From assembly GCF_964355755.1 (NCBI RefSeq), contig NC_092670.1, positions 13,688,795 through 13,752,794 of the forward strand: a stretch of 64,000 nucleotides of DNA, read 5' to 3'. Shown in pieces: positions 51,447 through 64,000 of this stretch. Numbering within the stretch: position 1 is the stretch's first letter; each line of letters begins with the position of its first letter. A program made the position numbers and the translations under genes. Below the pieces are notes generated by a model. That model searched no databases and was not told the origin of the DNA. It saw nothing but the letters and a program-made list of their open reading frames with translations. The DNA comes from Antedon mediterranea. Taxonomy: Eukaryota; Animalia; Echinodermata.

Positions 51447-52521
51447 ATGTTTACGGGGCTGATCTACTATTCTAACTCCTCTTCTAAACTTATTGAACAT
51501 AATCTTAATAATGCTCTAATTCATCTCTCTACCTGGCTAAAATCTAACAGACTAACACTCAATATCTCAAAAACTAAATCTATGTTCATTGGCTCTTCTC
51601 AAAAACTTAAATCTAACTCTATCACCCTTACTCTTAATGATTCTCCAATTCAATCTGTTACTTCTCATAAACACCTTGGAATCATAATTGACAATACTCT
51701 AACCTGGAAATCTCACATATCTTCCCTCTGTAAAAAACTCAATTCTATTATCTACTTACTCAAACGTACCTCTAAATTTACAAACAAATCTTCTCTTCAT
51801 CTTCTGTACAATTCACTTTTCCTTTCTAGACTTGACTACTGCTGCTCTGTCTGGGGTTCTAAACCTTCTTCTACCACTAAACTTAAAAAAAATCCAGAAT
51901 AAAGCTATCCGTCTACTACTCGATCTATCTCCCACTACACATCTCTCTCTTCATCACTTTTCCAGTGCTAAGACTCTCCCCTTCCATGAACGATACCTCT
52001 TTCAGCTTGCATGTCTATCTTTAAAAGCTCTACATCACTCTGCTCCTCTTACTATCTGTCAGCTTTTAACTAAAGTAACTTCCAACGGCCGTATGAACAC
52101 TAGGCAAATTACTAAAGGAGATCTTCTTATCCCTCGTCCTTACCTTTAAATCTTTAAACTTGCTTTTAGTTTCAATGCTCCTTCTTTCTTTAATTCTCTA
52201 CCTTTAAGCATTCGTAACTCTTAAAATTTCTCCTCCTTTAAATCTCTTTGTAAAAAACACCTGTTTCTCTCTCTCTGATTTTATTTCTTTTTTTCCTTCT
52301 TTCATTGTTGGCTTTCTGTATATTTATATATATATAGAATTAACAAAGATATAAAAAATAAATATATAGATATATATATATTTATTTTTTATATCTTTGT
52401 TAATTTTGTGTTTTTATAGTTTATTTTGTATTTACTGTTTGTTAGAGGGTCCCTAATGATCAGCTGATGCTGGATGGACCACCCTCTTAAAATATTGTTG
52501 AAATAAAAATAAAATAAATAA
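51447..52521 (+). mobile_element. 5'-truncated CR1/L2-group LINE (RT C-terminus, frameshifted) with 3' UTR
   Basis: WLKSNRLTLNISKTKSM, HKHLGIIIDNTLTWKSHI, SRLDYCCSVWG, then IQNKAIRLLL in shifted frame; agagggt...accctct stem; (AAAAT)n tail. Confidence 0.92.
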
Positions 52522-54170
52522 CAATGCGCGTGGGATTGAGATGACGTATCGACAGATTAATATAACACAACGATGCATCAAGTTAAAAATACAAAATGAT
52601 AAATCAACACTTTAAAAAAGATTACAAAAAGCGTACTATAAAAACCCTATTCTTTCTACATTAAGGTTTTATAGATATTATAATAAATCATACTAGACTC
52701 ATTAATTATGTAGATGATAATAGCTTTATCAATTATATATGAGTCTAAAGACTTTAATAATTAATCAATTTATGTATAGTTAATAGATATGTTTGTTAAA
52801 CTAAAGCTCGGTTTCCACTTGGACGCGACAGTTGAAATGGTCCATCGCGTCGTGATATTGTCAAATTATTCTGCGGTGCGGTTACGTCCTTGCGTTGTAA
52901 ACGCCTGTAGAACCGAACCGGTCCAACTCAAGTAATTTGACCATCCCAATACGAATCGTCCATATTGTCGTTTCTTAATGTAATTTAATTACGTCGTACG
53001 TACGTCGCAACGATGCGTCAACAAGCTTTCATAATCCAAAATATTATGTTGATTATAATGTTCATTAAGGTATCCACGGTAGAATGATTGTCTTTCCAGT
53101 TAAATTTCTAATTGAAACGTTTGTATTTTTCTGAGTTGACCTATATTTAGTATTCTTTATGAAAGTATTTATATCTCTAATGACCAACCTCAATGATGCA
53201 CTAAGTTTGGATTTTTTTGTTGCATTAAAGTCCAGATTTACGATCTATAAAAATACCCAAAATGGTTTTTTATAAGCAAAAGACTTTTCATTACAATGAT
53301 GAAATCCATGATTGTAATTCTTTGATAGAATGTAGGTCTGGAGTCACGCTAACGCTGTAATTACAACAAACAGGCTTATGATCCAATAATAAATTATCTA
53401 AACTTTCTAATTAATTTCATGTAAATGAGAATTATTTACCCACCTCTTATTATTTATTTAGGCCTATAACGTTTTGGATAAAAAATGCTGTTTATGTATT
53501 TTCGTAAAAATATTAGAAATTAAAAATAGTATTTAATTCATTATCACAGTAACAAAACAATATAGATAATAGTACAATAAATAAAATATCTCTTAAAACT
53601 GGTTCCAAGACTCGCCTTTGCCTTTCGGTACAGGAACTTAAAAACATGACTTTAGTTCATTGAAGATTTAGTTTAATGTATTTGTCAGTTCTAGTCCGTA
53701 TGCCTTTTTTTCTTTACCCAATCAAAGCAAAGGTGTGTACAAAAGGGTAATCAATGATTTGGTGCTTAAAAGTACGTGCGTGTTGCGTGTATGTAGGTAA
53801 TTGCGTTCCGAAAAATGTTTCAAACGGCAGGCGATGGCCCGTATATGTCATTTTTCACGTTTATATATTATTTATTCTGTAATTTTATATATCATACATA
53901 ATAAAATGAACTAAATTATAAATGAACAAAGGCATGCATAGTTCAGACTTGCCACACGTCACTGGTTATGGTTTCTTTTATGTAGCGCAATTAGATGGCG
54001 ATTCCCAGGCTATGTTAGTTATGACACGCAATGGCTGCCAACGTTGTTCTATCATTTATGAATTATAAGCCCGTCTAGAACAAACTGCTTTCATTGTCTT
54101 GCATACCATCATGTCTAGGTCATGTCGAGGTGGGGAGCGACACACGTACGCCCACTCCTCCTTACATTCG

Positions 54171-54575
54171 AACCTGGTCAATATCCACCTGACATGATAA
54201 TAGGCATATTCATTTACGTATTCTGTAAAACGTCATTGGTGAACACATTCTTTATCTTATCCGCTAACCAGTATACACAGAGAGTTTAACATTTGAACCT
54301 GGTCAATATCCACCTGACATGATAATAGGCATATTTATTTACGTATTCTATAAAACGTCATTGGTGTTTAGATTCTTTATCTTATCCGCTAACCAGTCTA
54401 AACCTGGTCAATATCCACCTGACATGATAATAGGCATATTCATTTACGTATTCTATAAAACGTCATTGGTGATCACATTCTTTATCTTATCCGCTAACCA
54501 GTCTAAGCCTGGTCAATATCCACCTGACATGATAATAGGAATATTGATTTACGTATTCTGTAAAACGTCATTGGT
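54171..54575. repeat. About 3.7 x 105-bp tandem repeat (first unit 125 bp)
   Basis: aacctggtcaatatccacctgacatgataatagg starts at 54171, 54296, 54401, 54506. Confidence 0.95.
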
Positions 54576-55471
54576 TAACGACGTGATCATACGCTAACTA
54601 ACCTGGGTTGGTACAATGCATTACGGTAGGCATGTTCTACACTTATTTTACGTTTTTTGTAAATCGTTTTGGTGAATAATATCTTGATAATATCTTACGC
54701 TTACTATCTAAACGGGTTACGTGCTTGTACAAATTGTACTAGCCCTGATTACATGATATGTAATACAACACGGTAAAGCCGTGTCGTATTTCGTATACCA
54801 AATACGACTAGCGCATGCGCTGTATTGTTTTTATTCTATCTTGTCATTGGAACGAAACTAAGTCAATATTATTAAAGATTTTACGTAGCACAGTCCCATT
54901 TAAAAAAATCAATTTCAAATCACACGTTGATGATGTGACTGTAATCACACAAAAATGATGCATTCCTATTCTGTCAGATTATTGAACAACATTGTATATC
55001 TGTGAGAAATAATGACGAGTTCACACGCTGAATGGTATTTGTACCGTATCTTGCCTATATGTGTTGAATAAGTTAAATCAATAATACAGCAATATTGAAT
55101 AAAACGCGTGTGAAATCTATAACAAATAAGAATTAATGTTAGGCCTATATTGATTATTTGTTTGCCCGTGTTGGGCTAGCCTTGATGATTGTGCCACTGT
55201 AGGCCTTTACAAACAACAAGAAAACACACTAATATGATTTTTTTTCTTAATGCAGCCGACCGCAAAAATGCTCAATTATCCAGGCTGTAAATGTGGATTG
55301 GACAGAATAGATTCTATTCAGTGTTAATTTCAAGCAGTCGATTACAATACTGTGATAGAATGTTCACCGGACTTGGAAATCATCTCAGCGTTTGACACAC
55401 GTCGAGTGATCAGCCGACGAACTAAAATACTAGGTCATTACGAAAATAACAGAAACGCGGGAGCAGTGAGG

Positions 55472-55507
55472 TATAATATAAGGAAGTGTGTTAAGCGCGT
55501 ATCAGTC
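55472..55507 (+). promoter_or_regulatory. TATA box and Inr-like core promoter
   Basis: tataatataag at 55472 with tcagtc at 55502, about 30 bp apart, upstream of ATG 55575. Confidence 0.45.
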
Positions 55508-55574
55508 AGCAGATATTATACTATTACGTAAGTATTGCGTAAGTGGATCTTCAGGCATTTTTAATTTGAGAAAC

Positions 55575-55637
55575 ATGGAGAATTTGAAAAGTATAATTGT
55601 AACTGTTATCCTGATGGCATACCTGACCAACATACAG
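55575..55637 (+). CDS. First coding exon of a secreted or membrane protein (signal peptide)
   Basis: aaacATGG Kozak context, MENLKSIIVTVILMAYLTNIQ, consensus donor CAG|GTGAGT, phase 0. Downstream exons not identified. Confidence 0.6.
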
Positions 55638-55814
55638 GTGAGTTGTTTTTTGTTTTATTTTACTAATAATTACGTATAAGTAAACATCGGTGATTGGATT
55701 TGTAGGCCTATAATAGAAAATGTAGCGAAAAACAATGGAAACAAATGAAATTTTTTTGCACCGTATTTTAATTTCTCCTTGAAGTTTAAAATCGCTCTTT
55801 TCCGTGGAAAGATA

Positions 55815-55955
55815 TGTCTACACTATCAAACTTGATGTGACAAAAAAACATGTGGTGTGACCATGGACATGATGATGTCATATCACTACCATATTTGGGC
55901 ATATCACTACTATTATTTTGGCCACATCCACACAAGTTTGAGTGTAGACAGAGCT
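55815..55955. mobile_element. MITE family B copy
   Basis: tgtctacactatcaaacttgatgtgacaaaaaaa...gtgtagacagagct. Confidence 0.8.
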
Positions 55956-57867
55956 TACGGCATATTTTGTTGTATTCAGTAAAATACAAAATTTATCGTT
56001 GACGAATCATATAATAAATACAATAATTATAAAATAAAAGTAAAATATTACTCTATTTTCCGTAGTGTAATGTTGTAATTGTGCCGATATCTCCTCCCGG
56101 AGAGGAGATAGGCTTATGCCTGTGTATCGTATCATACTTGTTCGTACCGATCCAATTTGTTCATGTCCCGGTTCATGTACTATTTTGAAAATATAGCAAA
56201 ACATACGTGTGCAAACGATTATTTTTTAATAATGAAGTCACTCTTCTCCATGCTATATCTTAATTAATTATTGTTCAGATCATGAATATCAAAACATTCG
56301 GTAGTACATCATTAGTATAACATCAGTAGGCCCAATTTATCATAACAATTACCAATAAAAATCCGCAATCCCTGATTATTATAACATTTAATTATTATTA
56401 TAATTATATATGACGGTAATAATTTTTGGGGAAATTGGTCAGTTCATAGTAGTGTTCTGTTTTATCACTCAACGCTGTGCTGTATCTGAGTTCGTTTTAT
56501 TTAGTAAGCGCCTTCATGCCCAACCAACTGTAGGATAGATTGATCGCCTGTTTTGAAACAATAATCATTGTACTTAATGACAATGGTTCTTTTTTATGTG
56601 TTTGCATCGATTTCGGTTCGATTATGAATTGTTAAAAACACTTTGACAAAACAAATTTTGAATGGGCCAAATTGAAGTTTTAATAAAAAAAACATTCACG
56701 TTTGCTTTCCAACAAGGGAAAGTATCATTTTCTTGAATACATTTGGAATGTGGAATTTATAAATCAACCCTCTCTCGAGTGTAGCTGTCTGAAGTCACTC
56801 GCACTTTACTCGAGCTTGTTATTATGATTTCTTAAAATAATTTTGTTTTAAACAATGCGTATGACCAAATCACCGGAGACCCAAGAATCGGCGGACGAGA
56901 GTATTGTGAATTGTTTAAAAAGAAACATTGGTACAAAATACGATTGACATTTTAAGCCAGTCCCTTGTGCATGCTTCAATAAATGTGATAAAACTCGGCT
57001 TTCTTACAAGACTACCACTAGTACATGATTTATTGCCGTACAGGTTCACATTCAGAAATATAAGAATAATTCATGAATTTTGAAGTAAATTAGTTTTGTT
57101 TTATTTGGAAATTGATGTTATTTTTTTCATTGGTTTTTAATTAAATAGTAGGGTATTCGTTCATGGTCGAGCATCAATCTCCGACAATCATGTGATCTAC
57201 TGTTGATTGGATACGCTTGCTCGACCATACCTATTTTATCAATAATTATATTGTTTTTTCCCCTACAAATGGAACTAGTAGACCGAAGCTTAAGACAAAT
57301 AACATTACAATATCAGTCTGTTGTCTTCTGGCAAATTTATTGAATACATTTTTTGTAGTAGCAAAATTATTATTTCCCCCTTATTCATTATTTACTTCTT
57401 ATTCATTATTTACTTTTATTGTGAAATTATGTAAAATGCTAAAGGATGATGGGCCATGCTTGTTGGTTGAATGCTCAGTATGTCTGTTGCCGTACTAGTA
57501 AAAGTTATGATAGGATTTAATGAATATGTATTAATCTGCGTAAAGTAGAGCTATGTATTTATAATCTCTTGGTCCCATTAGAGTCATAATATATTATGGA
57601 TGGATTCCATTGAGTAACCAATAATCCGCAGTACATAGTTCTTAGATAATCTAGCGTAATTTCTTTGCTTACACAATTATTAATACCAGTAGTACCCATT
57701 TTATCTTCTTGATGATGTATCATGTTTGTAATTATATTAGCTAAAGATAAATAGATTATTTCTCAATCAATGTTGTTCTCGTTTGAACATGTTATTATAG
57801 ATAACGCAGTATTAATCAGATTAACGCGCCTCATTCTGCACGGTTTTTAGTAAACACCTCCCTCATA

Positions 57868-58052
57868 AGCTCTATCTACACTATCAAACTTTATGTGACA
57901 ACACAAATGTAATGTGCCCATATGTGAACATGATGTCGTCACTACCATGTGTTTTTACATAGCACTACCATGCTGGACACGATGTGGTCATATCACTACA
58001 CAATTTGGGAACATCACATTTTTATTTCGTCAAACTAGTTTGATAAGTGTAC
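57868..58052. mobile_element. MITE family B copy (degenerate right end)
   Basis: agctctatctacactatcaaact...gtcaaactagtttgataagtgta. Confidence 0.7.
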
Positions 58053-61000
58053 TTACAGATTTCTTTTTCGCAAGTTTCTTCTTCAACTTAATTGGAATAA
58101 GCATCCGTTCACACGTCATTTGTTTATCTCTAACGCTTTCCTCATCACACTGAATCAGTTTTGAGGATTATGAAAGAATTATAAAACGATCGTCAAGCTT
58201 CCAATATCCCCTTATTGTAATCTTTATACATTAAAGGAAACTATATATAAATAAAGGAAAGTAGGTAAGTATCTTATTTATTTCTAAATTTGTATTACGT
58301 CACAGTTCGTGATGTGCGACCTTGATATTGAATATTTTATAAACCATCCCATTAAACATTTGCTTGAATAAAATAATACATATAAATAACTAAGCAAAAC
58401 TTGTTTTGGTTAAAATACATTCTTATGGAAATTGAATCAATAAGGATGTATTCTGATTAAAAATCCGTTCTTTTTCTTTCTCGTATACCGTAATCGATAA
58501 ATATTCTAGATTGTGATCGTAGGCCTATCTGCAAGTTTCTTTATCAGTGTAATCGAATTATTTATTATCGTTCGATATTTAACAAAAATGATGATATATT
58601 TGCTTTATGAGATTTCCCGGGTTGGAGACCAAGATGACTCTCGTTGTCAACGGAATGAATCACATTATTATGATACACAGCTGATTCTCGAACTGTCACT
58701 AGACATGTGTCTATCGCAAGTCATTGAAATACAAATATATGTGCATTGCCAAGTATATATATTTGTTGTATACAAAATCAGTATAATTTATTTTTATTTA
58801 TTTTAGTATCGGCCTATAATGTAAACTATTAATATAAAACAGTAATAGTCCCAATCATAAACCTAAATTATAGATTGATAAAAATAATTTTAGGAGTTCG
58901 TTCGTTCGTTCGATGATTTGTTAATGCCATAACGTCAATGAACTACTGTTTGCACTTTTTCATCTAACAAGTCAATCCACATAAAGTACAATGCGTTGAA
59001 GTACAAATTATCATACAGTGACATATGATAATAAATATAATATGTAATGTTTTCTTGCTGTTTAAATGTATTTGTTTAAGTTTACAATGAAAACGTGATT
59101 GCTATATTAACAATAGTTTAATTCAAACACACTGAATAAACAATTACATTTAATTGACCCAGCAGTTCAATTTACGGAATAATTATGCATGTACTGTAAT
59201 ACAAGCATGATGGTTGGTTAATGATGGTTGTATTATAATAAAAAAAAACTTTCTGACGGAATTATTCGATGGTGGGGGTGAGGGAGGGCGTATTGGGCGT
59301 GGAGTTTATTTAGATTTAAAACAGTAATATTTAAACTTTGCTCATTTAGCATCAGTGTGCACATAATTGAACATTTGTCACGAATGCAAAACACGTGTCT
59401 ATGTTGTTTGAGTGCCTACCGTAATATCAATCGAAGAAACACAATTTTATTAGAAACAGACATTTTAATTATTACATTCGTATGTGTATGCACGAACATA
59501 CATGCTATCCATTGGGATGTATCTGTTCATATTCATTTGACGTGCAATTTGTTATAATAAAGGATTTTCACAATACATTCATTATGCAAACAATGTTTAC
59601 CCATGAGAACATGTAGTTGACTATACTACTAAAGCAAGTCACGTAGGCCTACCGTACCGTATTATTATACCTGATTTTTAATTCATACACATGTATATAG
59701 GCACATATTATGTACTGATATGGAATAACACATTATAGGTAGTGGATTGAGATTATTTAAACATTTTCGCATTCTATTACATTCTGTTATAATTTGTTTT
59801 TTATCGGATTTTTATTTTAATATTAGTCGATGAAAAGCTTGTGACGTCTTTTTGAAACTTCTCCAAATCAAATTTATTATCATTTTGGAACAATTTGATA
59901 AATGATGACGAAAGAGAAACATAGCGAGTCATGATTTCTCTATACATAATCAACGTTTAACGGGTCTGGAATTCCAGGTACAGAAATAATAAATGTGAAT
60001 ATACACGCGAGTATCCCGCATGTTATGTTGTCATTTTCCACTTTATTGCACTTATTTTGATAAATTATTACGGTAGGGAATGTAGATATGCCAATATTTT
60101 TTTTATGAGTGAAGTTTTGATTTAGGCGTTACTAATTGTCATATGTCAGGATAATGGAGGTCAACATAATTAAGTAATTTCTTTTCACAATGTATTATTA
60201 TATTATAGAGGGCGCTCCAAATTGCAGCGCTTGAAAAAAGGTTGTAGCCACATGGACAATCAAGCCGTTTAATCCATTTGAAAAAACAATTCAACTTAAA
60301 AATCAGAGCAAGGAATTCATAAATATCTAAAGGATTTATGGCTCAATTGGAAGTGTGCAAACTGTATATAAAGTATTTTAAACGTACACTAGATAACGAC
60401 GTACGATTTGCATTCATTAACGTTGAAGCATAATGTGCTATATAGATTTCATTTTGCTAGAAGCAACCGACGCAACTGCGCACATGACGTAGGCTACGTA
60501 CCGGCGACGAAGTGACGTGACGTGCGTATTGATGCACAGGACGTCACGTACCGTGCAAAGGATATACGTACATTTTCTCCAGAGCATAGACCTACCTTTA
60601 ATGACTACTCCGATCCGGTAGTCTGCGATATATTAAATTTGCCGTCGACTTTATCATTAACTTTAGAATGTCATGCTACCTCAGAATTAATGTGTATTTA
60701 TTTTTGGTTGTTGATTGTTATTAATTGTGTTTAAACATCTGCTTTTATATAATATAATATATTACATATCCATTAAGGTGGTCGTATCTAATCAATTGTC
60801 CGTATAGCACAAAATGATACAAATCATTAATATCAATCACCCGTCTCTATTTTCTTTTAAAGTGCCTTTTCAAAGTTAGGTTTGTTATTTTTAACGTACG
60901 TCAAAACAGATCGATTCACTGTCAATTTACCAATTAGTTTCAAATTACCATGAGACCCGTGGCAATATTGAATCCGTAATATAAATGATCTTTTGATATT

Positions 61001-61079
61001 TTATTTATATTTTTCAATTATTTTCTGTAGAAGAATCATAATTACGATGGTACTTTCATTATCATCCTGAAAGATATTT

Positions 61080-62040
61080 ATTACGTTTGCTAACTTCCTT
61101 GTTACAGCTGCTGATAATGTCAATTGTTGCAGAAGTTTCTTCTTTACTATGCTGATGTTGTTACTGCTGCATATTTTCCTGTTACTTGCTGATGATATTG
61201 TTTTTGTTGATGTTTTTCCATGTTAATTTTGTTGATGATGCTATTACTGTTGCTTATTTGTCAACGTTACTGTTGCTGATGATGTTGCTATTTTTTCGGC
61301 TAGATTTGCTGATACTATTGTTTTTATTGCTGATTCTTCTGTTACTATTGTTGAATTCTCTGTTCATGATAATGATGTAATTGATAATGAATGTTACTGT
61401 TGCTGGTTTTCTTGTTACTGTTGCTGGTTTTCTTGTTACTGTTGCTGGTTTTCTTGTTACTGTTGCTGATTTACCTGTTACTGTTGCTGTTTTCTTGTTA
61501 CTGTTGCCGATTTTCCTGTTAGGCCTGTCGCTGATTTTCTTTTTACAGTTGCTGATTTTCCTGTTACTGTTGCTGATTTTCCTGTTACTGTTACTGTTGC
61601 TGGTTTTCTTGTTACTGTTGCCAATTTCCCTGTTAGATCTATTGCTGATTTTCTTTTTACAGTTGCTGATTTTCTTATTACCGTTGCTGATTTTCTTGTT
61701 ACTGTTGCTGATTTTCTTGTTACCGTTGCTGATTTTCTTGTTACTGTTGTCGATTTACCTGTTATTGTTGCTGTTTTTCTTGTTATTGTTGCTGATTTCC
61801 CTGTTACCGTTGCTGATTTTCTTGTTACTGTTGCCGATTTCCCTGTTACCGTTGCTGATTTTCTTGTTACTGTTGCTGATTTTCTTGTTACTGTTGTCGA
61901 TTTACCTGTTATTGTTGCTGTTTTTCTTGTTATTGTTGCCGATTTTCTTGTTATTGTTACTGATTTTCCTGTTACTTTTGTCGATTTTCTTATTATTGTT
62001 GATGATTTTTAAAATTATTGTTGCTGATTATTGTGTTAAT
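61080..62040. repeat. 21-bp minisatellite (CTGTTGCTGATTTTCTTGTTA)
   Basis: Homogeneous core about 61395-62000 with degenerate flanks; generates the Leu-rich 248-aa ORF. Confidence 0.93.
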
Positions 62041-64000
62041 GGTGATTCTGTTTCTGCTTCATATCAAAATAAGGATAAATATAATGTTGATGTTACTACA
62101 TCATGCGCATGGTATTGTCGTTATTGAAAGCAAATTGTGTATGGCATTTCGCTGTTAATTTTGATGTTTGTTGTTGATTTTATTAAGTTATAATGTTTTG
62201 TGTTGTTATTGTTTTTGATATTATTAGATCAATGAATCATGCTGATACTATTATTTTATTTTAGCAATCATTACATTTGTATTGGTAATAATAGCATTGA
62301 AAATACGTGTGTGCACATAATAAACACGGGAAGCCAATTATCCACTCGTATGTTAATAAAGTAGCAGATCTTTTTAGATACAAACGAAAAAAGTTCAATC
62401 TCCAAATGTAAAAATACATTTTAGAAAAAAATATTTGTTAGAAGCAGTAAAATTATTCTATAAAAATAATCCCTTGCTTTGTTTATTATCCAAGACGTGC
62501 ACACTGTTAAAGGCCATTAGCCCTAATGGCATGACTCGCAATCATACCGTCTTTTTACTTTAAGCTAAGTTTCATATCAATTTTAATTCGATTTCATTGT
62601 AACCCACGGCAAAAGTAATTCTTAATATATATGAGTCTGTGTAAACACATTTTATAGTGCCAAAACAACAGTGTTTGTTGACAAAGGTAATTTTGTAATT
62701 TTGTTATTTGTTGACTTTGATTCGTCACATCGCTTAACATAACTCCGCCAATAACAATGTTTTTGAATGGTGTGTACCCCGGTGTTTGACTCTGTGCGTT
62801 TTTAGGCGATCTGGGGTAAGAGTTGTCGTCTGGATGGTGTGGGAAAAACGACGAGCCCTCTTGAAAATATAAAAATAAATCATAATTATCAAAACAATGA
62901 TGATAATGATTACGGTATGTTGTTAATCCTATTCGTGTGATTTATGACAGGATTTGTTTTATATATACTTCAACAATTAAATTATTAATTTTTTATTAAT
63001 GATCGCGAGTTTAGTGAGATAAGTCTTGCCCATGTGTAGGCGTACTAAAAAAAGATCAACTTTTAATCGATTAAATGTTTTTAATCAATCAAGTTTGTGG
63101 TGATATGTTAAAGGCAACATTATCGATTTTTATAAAATTAATTGGAAATTTTTTTAATTGCAGGTTTCTATAATTAAGATCTTAACGTCTAACGTTTCTA
63201 TAAAATGTTACCTGATTTAAATATGTGTTCCTTGGTGAACTGTGATTGAATTTCTTATATCAATTAACTGTTTATTGATCAATTGACTCAGATGCGCATT
63301 CATTGCGTTGATTGCCTGCGATATATTTCCACTTATACACAAGTTAAAAAACAAGAAACACTTAGCGTTGATCCATTAACCTACTTGTTATGAAATTATA
63401 TTATATTACCTGCTGTACTTAAGTTTCATAACGTTGATAAACTTATTGTAAGATTCTTAATTCTTAATAATTATGCATTATGAATAATTATGGACATTGT
63501 ATTAGTAATGCAAAAGACGTCCTGTTTCAGCATTTAACCTAGTTAATATGATCGTTCTGCTTCGCTGACATTGATGATTGTTCTTATTGTTTATATTGTT
63601 CTGTAAAATAGAATATAATTCTATTTTTATTTGGCTCAATTTTGGACGTAGGCGTACAGTAGAACTCCTCCTGTGGGACAACCTTATTAGATGACAATTT
63701 TATTAGGAGGTGTCAATTTAATATGGTTCTACAAAGTAATTAACTATGTTTTACTTTAAACATCTATTTTACCTCTTGAATATTTACCGAAAAGTAGATA
63801 TACCGTCTTAAATAGAATAAACACTATAATTCAATTTGAACATAAAAAACATTTGCTAAACATACAAGTAATGTCGTCACGCCATTTAAAGTTAAACTAA
63901 CATTTATCGTCTATAATATTTGTGAATTAAACATTTTATATCTGATGTTAGAATCAATAATATCTCATCAAAAATTGCTATTAATTCGTCAGAAGTCTAA

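Noticed and set aside
60573-60734. Acceptor ttttctccag as exon 2 of the 55575 gene
   Set aside because: Phase-0 reading stops after 12 codons and no convincing donor; unsupported.
61381-62127. 248-aa Leu-rich membrane protein
   Set aside because: Translation of a 21-bp minisatellite, non-ATG start.

Overview
AT-rich, intron-containing eukaryotic (animal) DNA. The repeat inventory (Deu/Nin- and CORE-type SINEs, 5S-headed SINE, Neptune-type Penelope, Ngaro/DIRS, Rex1/L2-type LINEs) suggests an invertebrate deuterostome such as an echinoderm; this is inference. Most ORFs in the supplied track are spurious. By splicing GT-AG exons by hand I reconstruct a VOPP1/WBP1-like (Shisa-like) single-pass membrane gene cluster in the first 21 kb: two intact head-to-head 5-exon genes (minus 16341-13841, 181 aa; plus 18071-20675, 171 aa) and three decayed tandem paralogs. 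Highlights: (1) a 5 x 94-bp array that multiplies the exon-2 splice acceptor of the plus-strand gene; (2) minimal hammerhead ribozymes in Penelope pseudo-LTRs set in (TA)n tracts; (3) a 109-bp-arm hairpin whose loop matches the adjacent Penelope ORF; (4) strong over-representation of TAGGCCTA, with paralog evidence that it is a GGCCTA insertion at TA; (5) a 5S rRNA-derived SINE. The rest is mostly MITEs, LINE 3' ends, minisatellites and an orphan signal-peptide first exon at 55575.
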